Shown one piece after another: positions 58,918 to 64,000 of a stretch of DNA of 64,000 nucleotides (positions within the stretch are counted from its first letter, which is position 1; every line of letters starts with the position of its first letter). The stretch lies in NCBI GenBank assembly GCA_002497245.1, contig DANB01000011.1, positions 60,612 through 124,611 on the forward strand, written 5' to 3'. Below the pieces are notes generated by a model. That model was not told the origin of the DNA. It ran no database searches and worked only from the letters and a program-made list of their open reading frames with translations. A program made the translations under genes and the position numbers. Source of the stretch: Euryarchaeota archaeon UBA439. GTDB taxonomy: Archaea > Thermoplasmatota > Poseidoniia > Poseidoniales > Thalassarchaeaceae.

Positions 58918-60459
58918 ATGCAAGATGAGGAGGGGTCGGTCATGAATCATCTTTTACCTATGATTTCAATCTACTTTTTTTACCTTCTAGGGCTACCAAT
59001 ATGGGGCGCTATAGTTATGATAATTTGGTACTCAATATTGATTATTCTAGAAAATAATGGAACTCTAGATAATTGGGATGCAACAAGAGTATTAGGTTTC
59101 ATTTTAATGATTAGAACGAAAAAAGGAAAAGATTTACTTGAAAGAATTTCAAAATATAGGAAATTTTGGAGAGGTTTTGGAGAGTTTTCCATATGGTTAT
59201 GTTTTATCGTAATGTTTGGAGTTATTCTTCTCCTAATCTTAGCAGCTGTAGCAAGCGCCTTTTCTCCTCCAGAAGAGGCGATTCCTGCCAAAGATCTTTT
59301 GTTAATACCTGGTGTGACAAGTTTTGTTCCATTCTGGTGGCCTGTAATTGCACTAATTATGGCTGTAATTATTCACGAATATGGGCATGCAATACAAGCA
59401 AGAGTTCATGGAATGAGGGCTAAAAGTTTTGGATTATTACTACTAGGACCTTTGCCAATGGGGGCATTTTTTGAACCGGAGATTCAAGAAATGACTAGGG
59501 CCCCTAGAAGAGAAAGGTTACGAATATATGCCGCTGCACCGTCGATAAATATTGTTTCAACATACATTGTAATACTCTTACTATCATGCACAGCCTCGGG
59601 ATTTGTAGCTTCCGAACCCGGACTACATGCAAAGGGAATTATCGTAGATAGCGGTGCAGAGGAAGCAGGATTAGAACCGTATGAAATAATTACTCACCTT
59701 GATGGAGTACATGTTCCAGATTATGATTCATTCACAGAAATTATGGATTCTAAATCGGCAGGAGATGAAATGAATTTATCTGTGATGTCTAGAAAAAATG
59801 ATTTGGGGAATAGAGAAACAAGAGAAATTACTGTAACACTAACCGATCAACTTGATTACTATGTTTCACAAGGGATTCCTACTTGGTTTGAAGAGGATTG
59901 TGATAGTCAAGAACAATGTATGGATGATTATATTGATTTCTTAAATGATAATGGTATAGAGCAAGGGAATGCTTTTCTTGGAGTGAGTGGGATATCCTCT
60001 GGAACCAGTGCAGTTGATGGATATAAATTGTCATCTACTGAAGATCTAAATCCTATTTTCAGAACTGTAATTTTCATATTCAAGCCATTAGAATTATTGG
60101 GTGAACCGATAAGATTAGAGGGGCATTCTATGCCACTAGAAGAGAGAGATTTAATTGAAGCCGGGGACGGATTTATTGCTTCATTAATAGGTACGAGTGG
60201 AATGTTAGCTATTTTTGATTTCTTATTCTGGTTTGCATGGATAAATTTCATACTTGGTTTTGCTAACTTAATACCCATGGTGCCCTTTGATGGAGGACAA
60301 ATTACTAGAGATTCAACTCACTCAGTAATAAAATTCTTTGGGAGAAATATGAATCCTCTAAGAGTTGAAAATATAGCCAATCGAGTAAGCGGTTTTAGTA
60401 GTATAATTATACTTTTAATTGTATTATTCCCAATACTATTGGCTAATATGTTGAACTGA
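58918..60459 (+). CDS. Site-2 protease (M50 family intramembrane metalloprotease) with PDZ-like domain
   Basis: HEYGHAIQA (HExxH) in a TM helix and NLIPMVPFDGGQ (LDG motif), with multiple TM helices. Confidence 0.7.
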   Translation: MQDEEGSVMNHLLPMISIYFFYLLGLPIWGAIVMIIWYSILIILENNGTLDNWDATRVLGFILMIRTKKGKDLLERISKYRKFWRGFGEFSIWLCFIVMFGVILLLILAAVASAFSPPEEAIPAKDLLLIPGVTSFVPFWWPVIALIMAVIIHEYGHAIQARVHGMRAKSFGLLLLGPLPMGAFFEPEIQEMTRAPRRERLRIYAAAPSINIVSTYIVILLLSCTASGFVASEPGLHAKGIIVDSGAEEAGLEPYEIITHLDGVHVPDYDSFTEIMDSKSAGDEMNLSVMSRKNDLGNRETREITVTLTDQLDYYVSQGIPTWFEEDCDSQEQCMDDYIDFLNDNGIEQGNAFLGVSGISSGTSAVDGYKLSSTEDLNPIFRTVIFIFKPLELLGEPIRLEGHSMPLEERDLIEAGDGFIASLIGTSGMLAIFDFLFWFAWINFILGFANLIPMVPFDGGQITRDSTHSVIKFFGRNMNPLRVENIANRVSGFSSIIILLIVLFPILLANMLN

Positions 60460-60465
60460 AGCACC

Positions 60466-61350
60466 CTATTCTTCTTCTTCACTTTCTCTAAATATTAACA
60501 TATCATAAACCATAGGAATTATGACCACTGCTGCAATCAACGTAAACAGATAATTCCAAGTTTGTGGAGATACAAAATCAGAAGTTCCTGAAAAGAAAAG
60601 TTTGATCGCTCCAACCCATGGAATCTCAGATGATGCAACACCCACTACCCAAACATCTCTTACAGCAGTTACAGGATTACCATATTCATCCTTTAAGCCA
60701 CGGCTCTGAATATAGGATTCATCGGCTGTAGAACTTGTTGCTCTTAATTGATCAATTGTACATCCATTAGTTATTCTATTATCACCTGTTGTCAGATATC
60801 CTTCATGCTCAGGAACCCACTTATCGATTGTTAAATTTCCATGAGGTGCACAAGAATAATCTAATGTTAAAGAAATATTATTTACATTGACTAAATCAGT
60901 TCCTGGGACATCCCATGTTAAAATACATATTTCTTCTAAATGATCAAATACGCCCTCTGAACATAAACCATCAATTGGATCTTCAGTTAAATTTGCTTCT
61001 GCTTTGAGTAATGCTCTATGAATGACTGGAGTATCAGAACCTCCATTTTTTTCATAAATAATTACGTCTCCATACATACCATGCATTTCATACCCAAAAT
61101 TCTCGTTTTCCTGATTAGAAGCTTCTACATATGTGACTATGTCAACTCTATCAGGATTCATAATCAATACCAAATCACCAGGGTCAATTGCTCCTAAAGA
61201 TCCATCCTCACTATGTTTCATTGAACCGGATTCAACAACAACCATTGGAGGAAACATGCCGGTAGCTAACCACATTGATCCAAGTAATAAGAAAACCAGG
61301 CCTATGGCAAGAAATGCCTCTCTAAGATAGAGGTTGAAATCATTTTTCAT
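60466..61350 (-). CDS. Signal peptidase I, archaeal/ER (Sec11/S26B) type
   Basis: N-terminal TM followed by VVVESGSMKH (catalytic Ser box), GDLVLI and a conserved VIHRA block. C-terminal TM. Confidence 0.6.
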   Translation of the reverse strand: MKNDFNLYLREAFLAIGLVFLLLGSMWLATGMFPPMVVVESGSMKHSEDGSLGAIDPGDLVLIMNPDRVDIVTYVEASNQENENFGYEMHGMYGDVIIYEKNGGSDTPVIHRALLKAEANLTEDPIDGLCSEGVFDHLEEICILTWDVPGTDLVNVNNISLTLDYSCAPHGNLTIDKWVPEHEGYLTTGDNRITNGCTIDQLRATSSTADESYIQSRGLKDEYGNPVTAVRDVWVVGVASSEIPWVGAIKLFFSGTSDFVSPQTWNYLFTLIAAVVIIPMVYDMLIFRESEEEE

Positions 61351-61351
61351 A

Positions 61352-62134
61352 CTAAATCTCCTTGTAGTTATACGGCCTAGTTAGATATAATATAAAAGAT
61401 AAGAAAAGAATCAAAATAATACTAACCGGATCTATGTGAGGAGCAAGATGATGGAAAGATGATAATCCGCTAATCCGCTCTGTGAGATCGATTGTATACT
61501 CTCTAGAACCACCCATAGAGGCAATACCAAAAATAGTATTCCAAAATAACATAATTAAACTAAATGAAGTTATTAAAATTAACATTCTATGGAAAAATAA
61601 CTCTCGAATTAGATCTAAGCCCGGAAGTTTATGTGAGAGAACCGAGTCTGAATTATTCCACCAATTTTCTTCAACATTGAAATCGCTATGAGAGTTAATT
61701 ATTGGAGAATTAGTCAGATTCTTTCCTACTGGTATTTCATGCAATTCAAGTAATCCTCGCATCATACCCATGTACTTTTCTCCAAGCATAATTGCTGCTT
61801 CTTCACCTTCTTTCCGACGTCTTAATACTTCAGCACGTGAATCCAACAAAAGAATATCATCGAGAACCTGTTTCTTCTCAAGATAGTAGAAGAACTCAGG
61901 ACCGACATAGAATGTACCAATGGCTCCAATTAACATACCTATCCAACTTAGAGCTACGATATTTTCTTTGGAGGGATCAGTCGGTCCAGAAAGTCCGAAA
62001 AGGAAAATTATGCCCCAAACCAATAGGGCCACGGACAAAATTGAAACATTTGTGACAATTTGGAAATGTCGGCCCCTCTGACTTTCCCATAATCGGCCAA
62101 AAAAACTCAAGTTTCTTTCATCTCGACGAGCCAT
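61352..62134 (-). CDS. Integral membrane protein (hypothetical)
   Basis: Several hydrophobic helices. 1-nt spacing from the signal peptidase gene suggests co-transcription. Confidence 0.4.
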   Translation of the reverse strand: MARRDERNLSFFGRLWESQRGRHFQIVTNVSILSVALLVWGIIFLFGLSGPTDPSKENIVALSWIGMLIGAIGTFYVGPEFFYYLEKKQVLDDILLLDSRAEVLRRRKEGEEAAIMLGEKYMGMMRGLLELHEIPVGKNLTNSPIINSHSDFNVEENWWNNSDSVLSHKLPGLDLIRELFFHRMLILITSFSLIMLFWNTIFGIASMGGSREYTIDLTERISGLSSFHHLAPHIDPVSIILILFLSFILYLTRPYNYKEI

Positions 62135-62244
62135 TATATCAATCGTGGGTAAGGCTTCGTGGCTTAGTGTCTTACGCTAACAAGTTCACATCAAAAGCGC
62201 AATCATACCAATTAATTGATGTGCTATGCCATCAATGGAACACT

Positions 62245-63429
62245 ATGGGAAAGCGTTGGATAGTGATTCTGATTATTGTTGGCTTGGTCCTTTCAGGTTG
62301 CATAGGAGATGAGTTTCTAGACATGGATAATGATGGTATAGAGGATAGTGAAGATTTAGATAGAGATGGAGACGGTTGGGAAAATCTAATTGAAATTGAT
62401 TGTAATAGTAATCCAGATAATTCAGAAGAAATGCCTAATGATCTAGACGGCGATACAATCTGCGACACTTTGGATGAAGATATAGATGGAGATGACTTGC
62501 CGAATGACTGGGAATCAGAAAGAGGTCTTGACCCACTAGATCAGAATGACACTATTATTTGCCATGGATTGTCAAAATACTGTTTAAGAAACTATGATAA
62601 TTTTACATTTCCTGAGACGCACAATGCTTTTGCTACATCAGAAGATGGTGTAATTCTTGGGACTAATCACTATACTGGACTTCAAGCTCAATGGGATGGA
62701 GGAATTAGAGCATTTATGGTGGATGCACATCATCTAAGTGATGATGAAACTGAGGCAGAAGATGTAAGATTCTGTCATGGTTCTCCTGGTCAGTTCCCAC
62801 ACCCATGTGCGTATTCTGAAGTAGATGCATTTGAGTGGTTATCTCTTCTAAATTCACAAATGAATTTAACTGATGAGAATTGTTCATTTGTATGTGGAGA
62901 GGTTGTATCAATACTAGTTGAAAACTATGTTCCTGCAGATCATCTAGAGTTTTTATTTAATCAAACTGGGATTTTAGAAAGAGTATTTATTCATCAATTA
63001 GGAGAACCTTGGCCTTCAATAGGAGACATGATTCTACAAAAAAAGGATGTGGTTATATATGTTCAGAATGATTACAATGAAAGTTATCCGTATTTCCATC
63101 CCGCATGGAAGCACAGTTGGGATACTCCATATGGTCAACAAGATAAAGAAGAAATGACATGCGAATTGGGGAGAGGGGATTCAAGTCAACCTGTTTGGCA
63201 TCTAAGCCATTGGTTGAGTAGTATATTTGGTACAGCAGATCCTTACAAGGCTCATGAGATAAATGAGTATGATTTTTTACTAAATCGTACTATAGAATGT
63301 TGGGAAATTATGGATAGAAGACCTACATTTGTAGCCGTTGATTATTGGGAAGATGGTGAAATAACAAATGTAACAATCACATTAAACAAGATGGAAAATT
63401 GGGATGATGAAATACCTCCACATCCATAA
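62245..63429 (+). CDS. Secreted protein with thrombospondin-type-3-like Ca-binding Asp repeats and a PLC-like phosphodiesterase (PI-PLC X-box-like) domain
   Basis: Signal/lipobox-like N-terminus (IVGLVLSGC) and DxDxDG repeats. PI-PLC X-like motifs FPETHNAF, QWDGGIRAFMVDAHH and VRFCHG (cf. PGTHDS / DHGARIFDIR / IVLHHG). Confidence 0.5.
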   Translation: MGKRWIVILIIVGLVLSGCIGDEFLDMDNDGIEDSEDLDRDGDGWENLIEIDCNSNPDNSEEMPNDLDGDTICDTLDEDIDGDDLPNDWESERGLDPLDQNDTIICHGLSKYCLRNYDNFTFPETHNAFATSEDGVILGTNHYTGLQAQWDGGIRAFMVDAHHLSDDETEAEDVRFCHGSPGQFPHPCAYSEVDAFEWLSLLNSQMNLTDENCSFVCGEVVSILVENYVPADHLEFLFNQTGILERVFIHQLGEPWPSIGDMILQKKDVVIYVQNDYNESYPYFHPAWKHSWDTPYGQQDKEEMTCELGRGDSSQPVWHLSHWLSSIFGTADPYKAHEINEYDFLLNRTIECWEIMDRRPTFVAVDYWEDGEITNVTITLNKMENWDDEIPPHP

Positions 63430-63488
63430 ATTGTATAATTAAAGTTGATTTCTAATTCGTTGGGTTTTCTAGATAGAACGTTGTCGAT

Positions 63489-64000
63489 ATGGGTATGGAA
63501 GGGGCAGCAATAGAAATTCTGCACCCGAAAGTTAGAGAATTAATATCCAAGTTGGGTTGGAATCTGACACCTATTCAAGAAGAAGCAATTATTGATTTAT
63601 GTGCAGGAAAAAATAGGCTATTAGTTGCGCCAACAGGAAGTGGCAAAACCGAAGCCGCAATATTGCCAGTAATTTCAAGAGCGATTAATGAAAATTGGGA
63701 AGGTTTGTCAATTCTATATGTTACTCCACTAAGGGCATTAAACAGAGATATTGATAGAAGACTGTCCACAATGTTGGAACCTCTTGGATTAACTGTTGGT
63801 TTAAGACACGGAGATACTACTCAAAAAGAAAGAACAAGGCAATCAAAAAATCCTCCAAATTTATTAGTTACTACACCAGAAACTACACAAATAATGATGC
63901 TCGGAAGTAGATTAAGAAAACATCTTTCAGGTGTTAAAGTCATAATTCTAGATGAAATACATGATTTGGCTGGAAGTGAAAGAGGTTCGCAGTTAATGGT
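63489..64000 (+). CDS. lhr: Lhr-like DEAD/DEAH-box helicase (5' part; continues beyond window)
   Basis: Helicase motif I (APTGSGKTEAA), motif Ia (TPLRAL) and motif II (DEIHDL). Confidence 0.75.
   Translation, partial: MGMEGAAIEILHPKVRELISKLGWNLTPIQEEAIIDLCAGKNRLLVAPTGSGKTEAAILPVISRAINENWEGLSILYVTPLRALNRDIDRRLSTMLEPLGLTVGLRHGDTTQKERTRQSKNPPNLLVTTPETTQIMMLGSRLRKHLSGVKVIILDEIHDLAGSERGSQLM

Noticed and set aside
1-64000. CRISPR arrays, transposases/IS elements, integrases
   Set aside because: No regularly spaced direct repeats, transposase/integrase-like ORFs or inverted terminal repeats were seen. The only tandem repeat (11272-11340) is coding.

Overview
This 64 kb window is a densely packed, low-GC archaeal chromosomal segment, about 90% coding, with genes on both strands and short intergenic gaps. 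Archaeal markers include a group II chaperonin (thermosome), a Cdc48/VCP AAA ATPase, the MC1 chromatin protein, an Hjc-like resolvase, Bud32 kinase, an archaeal-type signal peptidase I and a tRNA-Gly(GCC) with archaeal identity elements (C2:G71, G3:C70, A73). Functional content by region: (i) a class I fructose-bisphosphate aldolase and a class II fructose-1,6-bisphosphatase, then MoaC and MoaE; (ii) an acyl-CoA, possibly phenylacetate-like, degradation cluster with three crotonase-family enzymes, a 3-hydroxyacyl-CoA dehydrogenase, an aldehyde dehydrogenase and a lone PaaA-like di-iron oxygenase; (iii) housekeeping genes NadA, RdgB, Bud32, Mrp-like ATPase, ArsC-like reductase, tRNA-Gly, agmatinase, leucyl aminopeptidase, CTP synthase, carbamate kinase, ThrRS, TrhO, PyrB/PyrI and an NcsA/TtuA tRNA-thiolase; (iv) a chaperone block with a PspC-domain protein, DnaK and Hsp20 divergent from the thermosome; (v) several very large, N-sequon-rich secreted or membrane-anchored surface proteins, one directly downstream of a GHMP sugar kinase; (vi) a minus-strand operon Cdc48 - PRC-barrel - large ectodomain membrane protein - DUF58 (VWA-like) - polytopic membrane protein; (vii) succinate dehydrogenase (putative anchor, SdhA, SdhB); (viii) an MC1 / Lrp-RAM / macro-domain / extended Hjc-like nuclease neighbourhood; (ix) a site-2 protease and signal peptidase I; (x) a secreted PLC-like phosphodiesterase with thrombospondin-3-like Ca-binding repeats and the start of an Lhr-like helicase. 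I found no CRISPR array, transposase or integrase. The gene content (beta-oxidation, peptidases, giant adhesin-like proteins, SemiSWEET) resembles planktonic heterotrophic euryarchaea such as Marine Group II, but this cannot be confirmed from sequence alone. The most unusual loci are the DUF58 operon lacking a MoxR partner, the proline-rich FH1-like membrane protein encoded over a 27-bp tandem repeat, the Mrp homolog lacking CxxC, the lone PaaA homolog, and the macro / extended Hjc-like pair.
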